Assembly (NCBI GenBank): GCA_016206945.1 | Contig: JACQQP010000172.1 | Coordinates: forward strand, 1 to 46,422 | Source: Candidatus Omnitrophota bacterium | GTDB taxonomy: Bacteria; Omnitrophota; Omnitrophia; Omnitrophales; Danuiimicrobiaceae | Direction: 5' to 3' | Length of the DNA stretch: 46,422 bases | Shown here: piece after piece, positions 24,629 to 34,486 of the stretch | How the letters are laid out: each line of letters begins with the position of its first letter | How positions within the stretch are numbered: the first letter of the stretch is position 1 | Program-made: the position numbers and the translations under genes | Notes under the pieces: model-generated | Database searches by the model: none | The model's input: only the letters and a program-made list of their open reading frames with translations | What the model was told of the DNA's origin: nothing

Positions 24629-26377
24629 GTGAAAACGTTCAAGGGGATTCCGGTTTCTCCGGGGGTTGCGACGGCGAAAGCCTTGGTGCTTCGCGGCCAA
24701 GACTTTTTTTCGGTGCCGAAGGTCGAGATCCGTTCGGAGGATATTCCGAAAGAGATTGTTCGGTTTGAAGAGTCTCTGACCAAAACGCGGTCCGACCTTT
24801 TTAATGTACGGAAAAAAATCGCCCAAGACCTTGGTCATGAGCATTCGGATATTTTCAGCGCGCATTTGCTGATTCTGGAGGATCGGACTTTGATCGAGGA
24901 TGTTTTGTCCAAAATTAAGTCAGAGCGTGTCTCGGCCGAATACGCGTTTTCGTTGGTGATTCAGCGTTACTTCCATGCTTTCGCTCAGATTAATGATGAC
25001 TATTTGAAAGAGCGCGTCGCCGATATCAGGGATGTAGGGCGGCGGATTCTCTTGAATCTGCGCGGTGAGAAGGCGGACTCACTCGTTCATTTGAAAGAGG
25101 ATATCATCGTGATTGCCCACGATCTTTCTCCTTCCGAGACGGCAACGATGGATCGCGAACACGTGATCGCCTTCGCCACAGATATCGGTGGTCCTACTTC
25201 GCATACGGCCATTATGGCTCGCTCTATGGAAATTGCAGCGGTCGTGGGGCTGGGTCGTATCAGTAAAGAAGTATCAAATGGTCAAATGGTCATCATCGAC
25301 GGAAATCACGGAATTGCGATCGTCGGCCCTGATCCCCAAACGATCGAGCGATACGCGAGCGAAGAAAAGCGTTTCGTCGAGTTAATTACTGAACTTGACA
25401 AGTTGAAGTCGCTTGCCGCAGAAACATTGGATGGCCACAAGCTTCAGCTCACTGCGAATATCGAATTTCCAGATGAAATTCCGTCCGTGATTGCCCATGG
25501 AGCAGAAGGAATCGGTCTTTACCGAACCGAGTACTTTTATATGAATCGAACGGATCTACCCTCCGAAGAGGAGCAATTCAATGCTTATCGCCATGTGGCG
25601 GAACAGTTGGTACCTCAACCTGTTGTCATTCGGACGCTGGACCTTGGGGGAGACAAATTCCTATCTTCTCTTGATTTGCCTCGAGAAATGAACCCGTTTA
25701 TGGGCTGGCGCGCTATCCGATTTTGTCTTACCCGTGTGGATATTTTTAAGACGCAGCTTCGAGCTATCCTTCGCGCGAGTGTGCACGGAAACCTGAAGTT
25801 GATGTATCCAATGGTTTCGAATCTATTAGAACTGAAGAAAGCAAATCAAATCCTTGAGGAGGCGAGGAATGAGTTGCGTGCCGAGCACAAACCTTTTGAT
25901 GAGAAAATGGAAATTGGGGCCATGATTGAAATCCCATCCGCCGCTTTGACCAGCGATGTACTGGCGCGCGAAGTTGATTTTTTCTCGATCGGGACAAACG
26001 ATTTGATTCAGTATTCATTGGCTGTAGACCGAGTCAATGAAAAAATCGCTTACCTTTATGAACCGGCCCATCCTGCCATTCTCAAGTTGATTCAGCACAC
26101 GATACAGAATGCGAAAAAAGCGAAGATTTGGATCAGTGTGTGCGGTGAAATGGGCGGGGATCCAGCGATGGCGCTCTTGCTTTTGGGATTTGGAATTAAT
26201 CAATTGAGCATGAGCTCCTTTGCGCTTCCGAAGGTGAAGAAAGCGATTCGTTCCGTTACGTTCAAGCAAGCTCGGGAAATTGCCGCGCGCTCACTCGAAT
26301 TTTCGACCGGTGAAGAAATCAAGAAGTTTGCAGAGGCTAAATTGAAAGCGGTAACTCCTGAGTTAGTTGGGGATTAG
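24629..26377 (+). CDS. ptsI: Phosphoenolpyruvate-protein phosphotransferase (PTS Enzyme I)
   Basis: Motifs are GGPTSHTAIMARS (active-site His), GIGLYRTEY and SIGTNDLIQY. The GTG start follows a degenerate CTAATGGGGTGA box. Confidence 0.92.
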   Translation: MKTFKGIPVSPGVATAKALVLRGQDFFSVPKVEIRSEDIPKEIVRFEESLTKTRSDLFNVRKKIAQDLGHEHSDIFSAHLLILEDRTLIEDVLSKIKSERVSAEYAFSLVIQRYFHAFAQINDDYLKERVADIRDVGRRILLNLRGEKADSLVHLKEDIIVIAHDLSPSETATMDREHVIAFATDIGGPTSHTAIMARSMEIAAVVGLGRISKEVSNGQMVIIDGNHGIAIVGPDPQTIERYASEEKRFVELITELDKLKSLAAETLDGHKLQLTANIEFPDEIPSVIAHGAEGIGLYRTEYFYMNRTDLPSEEEQFNAYRHVAEQLVPQPVVIRTLDLGGDKFLSSLDLPREMNPFMGWRAIRFCLTRVDIFKTQLRAILRASVHGNLKLMYPMVSNLLELKKANQILEEARNELRAEHKPFDEKMEIGAMIEIPSAALTSDVLAREVDFFSIGTNDLIQYSLAVDRVNEKIAYLYEPAHPAILKLIQHTIQNAKKAKIWISVCGEMGGDPAMALLLLGFGINQLSMSSFALPKVKKAIRSVTFKQAREIAARSLEFSTGEEIKKFAEAKLKAVTPELVGD

Positions 26378-27460
26378 ATGCATTCATTGGATCAAATTGA
26401 AAGGATCATGAAGAATGATCGCCAGGATATGGCGAAATCGATTTATGATTTTTCGAAGCAATTAAAGCATGCCGAAGAAATTGGCAAAGCCCTTACTTTG
26501 GATCCAAGCTTGGGCAAGGGTTTGTCCAAAATCGTTTTTTCAGGGCTGGGGGGTTCTGCAATCGGAGCAGATTTCATCCGTTCCTACCTGGCTTACGAAT
26601 TTAAGATTCCAATCTTGGTCAACCGTCATTATCGCCTTCCGGAATATGTGGATGAAACAACCTTATTGATCGTGAGCAGTTATTCAGGGGATACCGAGGA
26701 AACCATATCCTCTCTTAAAGAAGGACTTAAGCGGAAGGCGAGAATCCTTGCCATCAGTTCGGGAGGTGAGCTTGCAAAACAAGCCCGCGAGCGCTCGTTT
26801 CCTTTAATTCAAATCCCAGGCGGTTTTTCTCCGCGGGCCGCATTGGGGTATTCGGTCCTACCGCTTTTGGTCGCTTTGTCCAAATGTGGTTTTTCATCGG
26901 CTTATCGGCCCGCTGAATTTAATGAAGCTCAAGTGTTAACTCAAACGCTTGCGGAATCTGATTACGGAGTCGGTATTCCTTTTGCGAACAATTTAGCGAA
27001 GCAATTTGCGTCGGCTTGTTTTGGGAAGTACCCGGTTATTTACTCCTGTGTTGACTATTTTGATGTCGTAGCGCTCAGGTGGCGCGGACAGATCGAAGAG
27101 AATGCAAAAGCGCTCGCGTCACACCATGTTTTGCCTGAGATGAATCACAATGAGCTCGTTGGGTGGCGATGTCCGAAAGAGCTATTGAAGGGGGCCGTGG
27201 TCTTTTTCCTGCGCGACCGCGCGGATCATGAACGGGTCCAAATCAGAATGGATTTAACCCGAGATATCATTAAACAATCCGCGGGCAAGGTGGTTGAATT
27301 ATTTTCTCAAGGAAAGGGTTTGCTCGCGCGAATGTTCTCCTTGATCCATTTGGGAGATTGGCTGAGTCTTTACCTCGCTGCTTTATATGAAGTGGATCCA
27401 ACACCTGTAGAAGTCGTCCAGCGTCTTAAAGTGGAATTAGCGAAAGAACCCGTTGCATGA
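26378..27460 (+). CDS. Bifunctional phosphoglucose/phosphomannose isomerase (SIS family)
   Basis: The SIS motif GLGGSAIGADF, then SYSGDTEET, and a C-terminal PGI/PMI-type domain with HHVLPEMNHNE are present. Confidence 0.75.
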   Translation: MHSLDQIERIMKNDRQDMAKSIYDFSKQLKHAEEIGKALTLDPSLGKGLSKIVFSGLGGSAIGADFIRSYLAYEFKIPILVNRHYRLPEYVDETTLLIVSSYSGDTEETISSLKEGLKRKARILAISSGGELAKQARERSFPLIQIPGGFSPRAALGYSVLPLLVALSKCGFSSAYRPAEFNEAQVLTQTLAESDYGVGIPFANNLAKQFASACFGKYPVIYSCVDYFDVVALRWRGQIEENAKALASHHVLPEMNHNELVGWRCPKELLKGAVVFFLRDRADHERVQIRMDLTRDIIKQSAGKVVELFSQGKGLLARMFSLIHLGDWLSLYLAALYEVDPTPVEVVQRLKVELAKEPVA

Positions 27461-27522
27461 TCTCCCATCATTTTTTCAATTTGTGGTTCATGCGCTCATC
27501 GCTTCGCGGTGGTGGGGAATGA
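27457..27522 (+). repeat. Minimal SD-box cassette H (66 nt) with a 21-codon ATGA-to-ATGA mini-ORF
   Basis: ATGA at 27457-60 overlaps the PGI/PMI stop. The left end is ATGATCTCCCATCA and the right end is GGTGGTGGGGAATGA, with ATG 27519 starting the next gene. The ends form a degenerate inverted repeat. Confidence 0.45.
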
Positions 27523-28277
27523 ACGTAGTTTTTCTTTGCGCGGGATATGGGACGCGCCTTTATCCTTTGACGGAACGTCAGCCCAAATCACTCCTTCCCA
27601 TCGCCGGCGAGGCCGTTTTGACGCATTTGCTCAAAAAGTTAAAATTTCTTTCATCGGTAGATCGCGTCATTCTCGTTTCAAACGATCGGTTTTACGAGCA
27701 CTTGAGCAAGTGGCAGGAAACACTTCAGGGAAAGTGGGTGGTTTGTGTCGTCAATGATGGGACGAGTGACAATGAACATCGATTGGGTGCAATCCGGGAT
27801 CTGAAACTTGCTTTGGAACGAGAAGACTCGGATATGGACGTTTTGGTCCTAGCTGGGGACAATTTGTTTGACTCAAGCTTAGAATCTTTTGTTTCCTTTG
27901 CTCAGTCAAAGAAACCGGCGGCTTCCGTCGGAGTTTACGATGTGAAAGATCAGATGCTCGCGCGAAAATATGGCTTGATTCAAACCGATTCTTCGGGCAA
28001 AATCACGGCTTTCTTTGAAAAACCGAAGGATCCGCCGACCACGCTCGCCTCCATGGGGGTTTATTTTTTCCCAAAGGAAACGTTGTACTATCTAGATCAG
28101 TATCTCGAAACGAATCGAAATCCAGATGCCCCGGGATTTTATATTAGCTGGTTGGCTCAGAAGACGGATGTATTCGCCTATCGATTCAGTGGCGCTTGGT
28201 TTGATATTGGGGATTTGAATTCCTATGAGAAGGCAAACCGACATTTTGAAGGTCACTTAAGGAAGCCAGACACATGA
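27519..28277 (+). CDS. Sugar-1-phosphate nucleotidylyltransferase (NTP_transferase family)
   Basis: [18 protein letters not shown]...PKSLLPI is the canonical G-x-G-T-R-L nucleotidyltransferase N-terminus. I therefore moved the start to ATG 27519 from the track's 27453. Confidence 0.8.
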   Translation: MNVVFLCAGYGTRLYPLTERQPKSLLPIAGEAVLTHLLKKLKFLSSVDRVILVSNDRFYEHLSKWQETLQGKWVVCVVNDGTSDNEHRLGAIRDLKLALEREDSDMDVLVLAGDNLFDSSLESFVSFAQSKKPAASVGVYDVKDQMLARKYGLIQTDSSGKITAFFEKPKDPPTTLASMGVYFFPKETLYYLDQYLETNRNPDAPGFYISWLAQKTDVFAYRFSGAWFDIGDLNSYEKANRHFEGHLRKPDT

Positions 28278-29518
28278 AGCGACCTTCTAAAAATCCAGTT
28301 AAGAAGAAGGGAGATTTACCCATGAAAAAAGATAAACATTTGTTTACTTCAGAGTCTGTCGGGGAGGGGCACCCGGACAAACTCTGTGACCAGGTATCGG
28401 ATGCAGTCTTGGATGCTTTTTTAGCACAAGACCCCAATGCGCGTGTAGCTTGTGAAACACTTGTGAGCCGCAATAATTTGGTGGTGGCTGGTGAGATCAC
28501 CGCAAAAGCGAAGGTGGATATTTCGAGTGTTGCGCGCGAGGTAATTAAAGACATAGGGTATGACGATCTCGCATACGGCTTTGATTATAAGAGCTGTAAT
28601 GTGACCACCTATATTCATCAACAGTCACCCGATATTGCTATGGGAGTTGACAAGGGCGGGGCGGGCGATCAAGGGATGATGTTTGGTTATGCCACAGACG
28701 AGACCCCTGAGCTGATGCCGCTTCCCATTATGTTGGCCCATCATTTGGTTTTTGAATTGTCCCGCATTCGAAAGTCGGGAACGCTTAAATATTTAAGGCC
28801 GGATGCAAAGAGCCAAGTGACGGTGGAGTATGACGGTGGAAAGCCAACTCGGGTCGTTACCGTTGTTATCAGTACCCAGCATGACGGAGCGGTTAAACTG
28901 GATACCATTGAGCGTGACATCCACGCTCTTTTAATTGAAAAAGTAATTCCTTCCAAGTATATGGAAAAGACCACAAAAATTCTCGTCAATCCCACGGGCC
29001 GATTCGAAGTAGGCGGTCCGCTGGGTGACACGGGTCTTACGGGGCGGAAAATTATCGTGGATACCTACGGTGGTGTTGGCGCTCACGGAGGAGGAGCTTT
29101 TAGCGGGAAAGACCCCTCGAAAGTAGATCGCTCAGCCTCTTACTTCGCCCGCTATGTGGCTAAGAATATTGTGGCATCGAAATTGGCGACACGGTGCGAA
29201 ATCCAAATCGCTTATGCCATTGGTGTTCCAGAGCCTGTCTCGATTATGGTGAATACATTTGGAACTGGCCGGGTCTCGGACGGCGAGATCGCAAAAGCCA
29301 TTCGGAAGATGTTCGATTTTACGCCACGAGGCATTATCAATCGTCTCAACTTGAGGCGGCCCATTTACCGTCAAACTGCAGCCTATGGGCATTTTGGCCG
29401 AAAGGGCGATGGATTTACCTGGGAGAAGACGGATGCTGTCGAAGAATTGATCCAAATCGTTTTTGGCGGTTCAGGGCGCAGTGCGAAATCAAACGAGGCG
29501 CTTTCTCCAACTCGCTGA
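28274..29518 (+). CDS. metK: S-adenosylmethionine synthase
   Basis: Motifs are [27 protein letters not shown] and [19 protein letters not shown] 28274 overlaps the upstream stop (ATGA). ATG 28322, preceded by AAGGGAGA, is the alternative start with a conventional N-terminus. Confidence 0.92.
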   Translation: MKRPSKNPVKKKGDLPMKKDKHLFTSESVGEGHPDKLCDQVSDAVLDAFLAQDPNARVACETLVSRNNLVVAGEITAKAKVDISSVAREVIKDIGYDDLAYGFDYKSCNVTTYIHQQSPDIAMGVDKGGAGDQGMMFGYATDETPELMPLPIMLAHHLVFELSRIRKSGTLKYLRPDAKSQVTVEYDGGKPTRVVTVVISTQHDGAVKLDTIERDIHALLIEKVIPSKYMEKTTKILVNPTGRFEVGGPLGDTGLTGRKIIVDTYGGVGAHGGGAFSGKDPSKVDRSASYFARYVAKNIVASKLATRCEIQIAYAIGVPEPVSIMVNTFGTGRVSDGEIAKAIRKMFDFTPRGIINRLNLRRPIYRQTAAYGHFGRKGDGFTWEKTDAVEELIQIVFGGSGRSAKSNEALSPTR

Positions 29519-29524
29519 AATTAA

Positions 29525-30784
<1,260 letters not shown>

Positions 30785-30787
30785 TAC

Positions 30788-31882
30788 TCATTCATTAGCG
30801 CGGTCCAGGAAGAAGAACGTTCCAAAACCGAACATAAAATTGGGAGACCAAGTACTCAAAATAGGAAAAAGTTTTCCTGCTTTCCCAAGTGCGAGCAGAA
30901 TAGCGCCCGTAATGTGAAAGAGGAATACAAAGGCAAGACAAGTTAGTACGTTCAAGGCAATCATGCGGCGCCTTGTTGTTTTGGCTAAAAAGGGCACCGT
31001 CAGAAACATAACCACCAAACTTTGCCAGGGAAAGGCAAGTTTTTGATGGAGTGTAACCAACTCGGCATCTGCCTTGATTCCATTTTCCCTGAGTTTCGCA
31101 ATATACTCTTTTAGATCTCGGTAACTGATCGCAATTCCCTCGTTCACAGCTTTCAGGAAATCATTGGGCGTTTCGTTAATCTCTGGGTAAACAATCACGG
31201 CTTGAAACGTGGGTTCGCCCAGCATGTCGCCTTTCTGTTCTAGCGCGTAATCAGTCGCTTGGCGGAGTTCCCAGTGGGAGCCCATCCACTTGGCTTCGCG
31301 AGCCACGGTTTTCTTTTTTACGTTCCTTTTTGCGTCTAGCCAAAGGACAATAAAATCTTCGAACCGTTCTTCTTTTGCGTGGAAAACGCGCCCATAGTAA
31401 AGCCGGTTTTTACCGCCGTAGTAGGTGACGTTTGCGAATACCCCTCGTTTTTCATCCGTTTGCTTCTTTTCAATCCATTCGTTTAAGAGTTGTTCCGCTT
31501 TCCGCGAAGTGTTCGGCACGATTTGGTCGCTCACCAGGAAAGAAATGACGCCAACGACAAATCCAACGAAAATAATGGGTCGAATCATCGAAGTGATTTC
31601 TAAACCTGCAACCTTCATCGCAATGAGTTCGTTGTGGTAATTAAAAGTACTGAGGACATAGATGGTGGCAAGGAGACACGCCCATGGAATTATGGAAATG
31701 AAAGTTTGCGGTGTCAGGACCAAATAATACAGAAGAATATGGTGAAAAGCAGTTTTGTTTCGGATCATCGCGTCCAAGTAGTCAAAAATATCCGCCACGA
31801 ACACCAAGAGAATTAAAGTGACACAACAAAAAAAGATGGGAAATAAAAGCTGTTTTGCAAGATATCGGTCAAGAATCTTCAT
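30788..31882 (-). CDS. LPS export ABC transporter permease (LptF/LptG, YjgP/YjgQ family)
   Basis: MKILDRYLAKQLLFPIFF is the typical N-terminus of this family, and the protein has multiple TM segments with a large periplasmic loop. The start is placed at ATG 31882, immediately after GGAGGTGATGGG, rather than at the track's 31921. Confidence 0.85.
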   Translation of the reverse strand: MKILDRYLAKQLLFPIFFCCVTLILLVFVADIFDYLDAMIRNKTAFHHILLYYLVLTPQTFISIIPWACLLATIYVLSTFNYHNELIAMKVAGLEITSMIRPIIFVGFVVGVISFLVSDQIVPNTSRKAEQLLNEWIEKKQTDEKRGVFANVTYYGGKNRLYYGRVFHAKEERFEDFIVLWLDAKRNVKKKTVAREAKWMGSHWELRQATDYALEQKGDMLGEPTFQAVIVYPEINETPNDFLKAVNEGIAISYRDLKEYIAKLRENGIKADAELVTLHQKLAFPWQSLVVMFLTVPFLAKTTRRRMIALNVLTCLAFVFLFHITGAILLALGKAGKLFPILSTWSPNFMFGFGTFFFLDRANE

Positions 31883-32016
31883 CCCATCACCTCCACGGCA
31901 AGAGCGCGTTTTAAGAGGCAATCTTGCACTCTGAGTGAAGTGCGTTCTTGCATTTTCTTTGAAAATACGCCGCCCATCTTAAGAAAAGGCGGCGTACGGG
32001 GAGGTGATAGGATCAT
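31879..32016 (-). repeat. SD-box cassette A (family II, 138 nt) with an intact 45-codon ATGA-to-ATGA mini-ORF
   Basis: On the minus strand, ATGA (32016-32013) overlaps the comF stop. The left end is GATCCTATCACCTCC and the right end is GGAGGTGATGGGATGA, overlapping the lptF/G start. Two hairpins lie at 31966-74/31988-96 and 31898-907/31942-51. It aligns without gaps, at about 85% identity, with 42879-43016. Confidence 0.85.
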
Positions 32017-32762
32017 GATAAGTGAGAACGAGCGATCGTAAAGAAGTCCACGCGATCTGCTCCCGCTTCTTTTAAAACCTTTGTGCATTCATTAATCGTA
32101 CTTCCTGTCGTGAAAATGTCATCGACCAAGAGAATTTGTTTTCCGCGTATTCCGCGTTGTTTTCTAATGGTAAAGGCGCCGGCCAGGTTGTTCAATCGCT
32201 CCTCACGTCTGAGTTGGCTTTGAGGAAGTGTTTTTTTAACCTTCCTGAGAAGGGGGACGATCGGCGGCGTGTTTTTCTTGTCGGTGCGTTTCAACATTTT
32301 AGCGATGATGAGTGCTTGATTGAAACCGCGTTCTCGCGCACGTCTTGAATCTAATGGGACGGGGATGATCATTTCGTAATTTTTAAATTCGTAGGAGTTG
32401 GGATGGCGCTGGATACAGTCAAGAAAAATTCGGAGCAGCCAAACTTTGTTCTGAAATTTGATCTGGTGGAAGAGGGTGCTTACGGGTTCCTGGTATGAAA
32501 GAAGAGCGAATCCACGGTCATAATAAGGGCGGTCCGAACGGCATGAGTTACAAGTAGATCTTTGACGGCCGAAGGGAGCCATGGGCCGCGCGCATCTGAC
32601 ACAGGTAGGGGCTTTTAAAGGCTCGATTTTCTGGGTGCAAGTGACACAAAGGTAGGTTTCTTCTAAGCGTAAAGGAATGCGGCACAAGACGCAGTTGGCA
32701 GGATAAATGAGACGGATGAAACTTTGCCAATAATCGGTGAGTTCTTTTCCAAATCCAAGCAT
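32013..32762 (-). CDS. comF: ComF-family protein (phosphoribosyltransferase domain)
   Basis: The N-terminus has Cys-rich zinc-ribbon motifs (CVLC...CVTC, CVRC...CNSC). The C-terminus has the PRT motif ILLVDDIFTTGST. Confidence 0.8.
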   Translation of the reverse strand: MLGFGKELTDYWQSFIRLIYPANCVLCRIPLRLEETYLCVTCTQKIEPLKAPTCVRCARPMAPFGRQRSTCNSCRSDRPYYDRGFALLSYQEPVSTLFHQIKFQNKVWLLRIFLDCIQRHPNSYEFKNYEMIIPVPLDSRRARERGFNQALIIAKMLKRTDKKNTPPIVPLLRKVKKTLPQSQLRREERLNNLAGAFTIRKQRGIRGKQILLVDDIFTTGSTINECTKVLKEAGADRVDFFTIARSHLS

Positions 32763-32878
32763 GCTAAAGTACTATAAGGCAATAGGGAAGCCTCTGTCAA
32801 TGCAATCTAAGTGTGCGATGTTCTTTTCTATCTTATTGCAAGAGAGAAGGTTACATAATTCGTTGCCTTGACAAGCCA

Positions 32879-32906
32879 TCGGAAGGCAGTATAATAAACC
32901 AACTTC
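32879..32906 (+). promoter_or_regulatory. Sigma-70-type promoter upstream of rpsU
   Basis: TTGACA (32879-84), a 16-nt spacer and TATAAT (32901-06) are both perfect consensus hexamers. They lie ~35 nt upstream of the rpsU GTG. Confidence 0.6.
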
Positions 32907-32939
32907 AAGCGAGGTTTTTTGTAAAAGAAAGGGAGATTT

Positions 32940-33116
32940 GTGCCGAAAGTTCAAATTGGCGAGAACGAACCGCTCGATAAGGCCCTCAAGCGCCTTAAGA
33001 AAAAGATTGAGCGGGAAGGGATCCTCAAAATTCTCAAAGCCCGAAAACATTATGAGAAACCGAGCGAAAAGCGCAGGCGTAAAATGCGCGCCGCTCGGAA
33101 ACGGAAAGTTTATTGA
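32940..33116 (+). CDS. rpsU: 30S ribosomal protein S21
   Basis: It is not in the ORF track (58 aa). The GTG start follows AAAGGGAGA. The translation VPKVQIGENEPLDKALKRLKKKIEREGILKILKARKHYEKPSEKRRRKMRAARKRKVY matches the S21 pattern. Confidence 0.9.
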   Translation: MPKVQIGENEPLDKALKRLKKKIEREGILKILKARKHYEKPSEKRRRKMRAARKRKVY

Positions 33117-33212
33117 TTCTAATTTTTTCCCTCTTTTTCTCTGCATTTATTATCCAGCCAGGGGTTTTTTTCTCTGTATGAGCTATTCGCCGCGTTTGCT
33201 AGCTAAAAGAAT

Positions 33213-34484
33213 ATGGAGTTTGCTTTGAAGTTTCAAAGCCCGAAAGGGATGGATGATTTGTTTTCACCCGAGGTCGACAAATGGCAGGTTCTTGAATCTC
33301 GAACGAGAACTTTTTTCGAAGCTTATGGTTTCCGGGAAATCAGAACGCCCGTTTTAGAAGCGACCGAACTTTTTGCTCGCTCCATTGGTGAGGCGAGCGA
33401 TATTGTTCACAAGGAGATGTATACGTTTGAGGACCGGGGAGGCCGAAGTCTTACGCTCAGGCCGGAGATGACGGCGGGTGTTGTCCGAGCCGTTTTGGAA
33501 CACAGTCTTTTAAAGCAGGGTGAACCTTTGTTTGTTTATTATCTCGGGCCGATGTTTCGTGCCGAGCGTCCTCAGGCTGGAAGGAAGCGTCAATTTCACC
33601 AGTTCGGCGTCGAGACCTTGAATACGACTTCTGCGGTCAACGACGCCGAACTGATAATTATGATCAAAAATTACTTGGACTGGTTAGGACTCCAAAAGTA
33701 TGTGGTGAAGCTCAATCATCTGGGTTCAGAAGAGGATCGAAAAAGATTCGGTGCCGATCTCGGTCGTTATTTTACGAGTGTTCAGTCGAAATTGTGCAAG
33801 GACTGTCAATTCCGGTTGTCTCAAAATGTCCTTCGGATTTTTGATTGTAAGAACGAATCGTGTCAACCTCTGATTGAAAAGGCTCCGAAAACCGTTTTGT
33901 CAGCTGAGGCAAAATCAGATTTTAATAAAGTGTCCTCGCTTTTGCGTGAAGCCCAAGTTTCATTTGAGTTGTCGCCGAGACTCGTGCGCGGACTCGATTA
34001 TTATACGGGTCTTGTGTTTGAGGTGACGAGCATAGGGCTGGGCGCTCAAGATGCGATTTTAGCGGGCGGCCGTTATGATTCACTCGTTCATGATCTGGGA
34101 GGCCCTCAAATCGGGGCGAATGGTTTTTCCATTGGAGTGGAACGCCTGCTCTTAGCTTTGGAAGCAGCCGGCGTCCATTTAGAAGAAGCAGTCTTGAAAG
34201 ATACCGTGTATGTGGCTGCTTTGGTTCACGGCGAGGAAACGTGTAGTTTCTATCGAGCCATTGCCCAGTCATTAGTAGAAGCGGGCAAGCGAGCTCATTT
34301 TTCATTTGCGAAGGGGTCACTTTCAAATCATCTCGGGCGGGCGAATAAATTAAAGGTGCGCTACGCCTTGATTATTGGTGATGACGAATGGAAATGCGGC
34401 GAAGTCAGCGTAAAAAGAATGGATACGGGCGTGCAAAAACGCATGAAACCAGAGAGCTTGGTTAAAGGATTCGGTGAAATTTAG
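33213..34484 (+). CDS. hisS: Histidine--tRNA ligase
   Basis: Motifs are PKGMDD, MYTFEDRGGRSLTLRPEMT, FHQFGVE and AGGRYD. Confidence 0.92.
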   Translation: MEFALKFQSPKGMDDLFSPEVDKWQVLESRTRTFFEAYGFREIRTPVLEATELFARSIGEASDIVHKEMYTFEDRGGRSLTLRPEMTAGVVRAVLEHSLLKQGEPLFVYYLGPMFRAERPQAGRKRQFHQFGVETLNTTSAVNDAELIIMIKNYLDWLGLQKYVVKLNHLGSEEDRKRFGADLGRYFTSVQSKLCKDCQFRLSQNVLRIFDCKNESCQPLIEKAPKTVLSAEAKSDFNKVSSLLREAQVSFELSPRLVRGLDYYTGLVFEVTSIGLGAQDAILAGGRYDSLVHDLGGPQIGANGFSIGVERLLLALEAAGVHLEEAVLKDTVYVAALVHGEETCSFYRAIAQSLVEAGKRAHFSFAKGSLSNHLGRANKLKVRYALIIGDDEWKCGEVSVKRMDTGVQKRMKPESLVKGFGEI

Positions 34485-34486
34485 AC

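Noticed and set aside
31879-32088. A 69-aa minus-strand ORF, plus the 13-codon N-terminal extension of the LptF/G permease (start 31921).
   Set aside because: The 69-aa ORF overlaps the comF 3' end out of frame. Only its last 45 codons (from the ATGA at the comF stop) correspond to the repeat. The permease has a strong SD box directly before ATG 31882 and the family-typical MKILDRYL N-terminus there.
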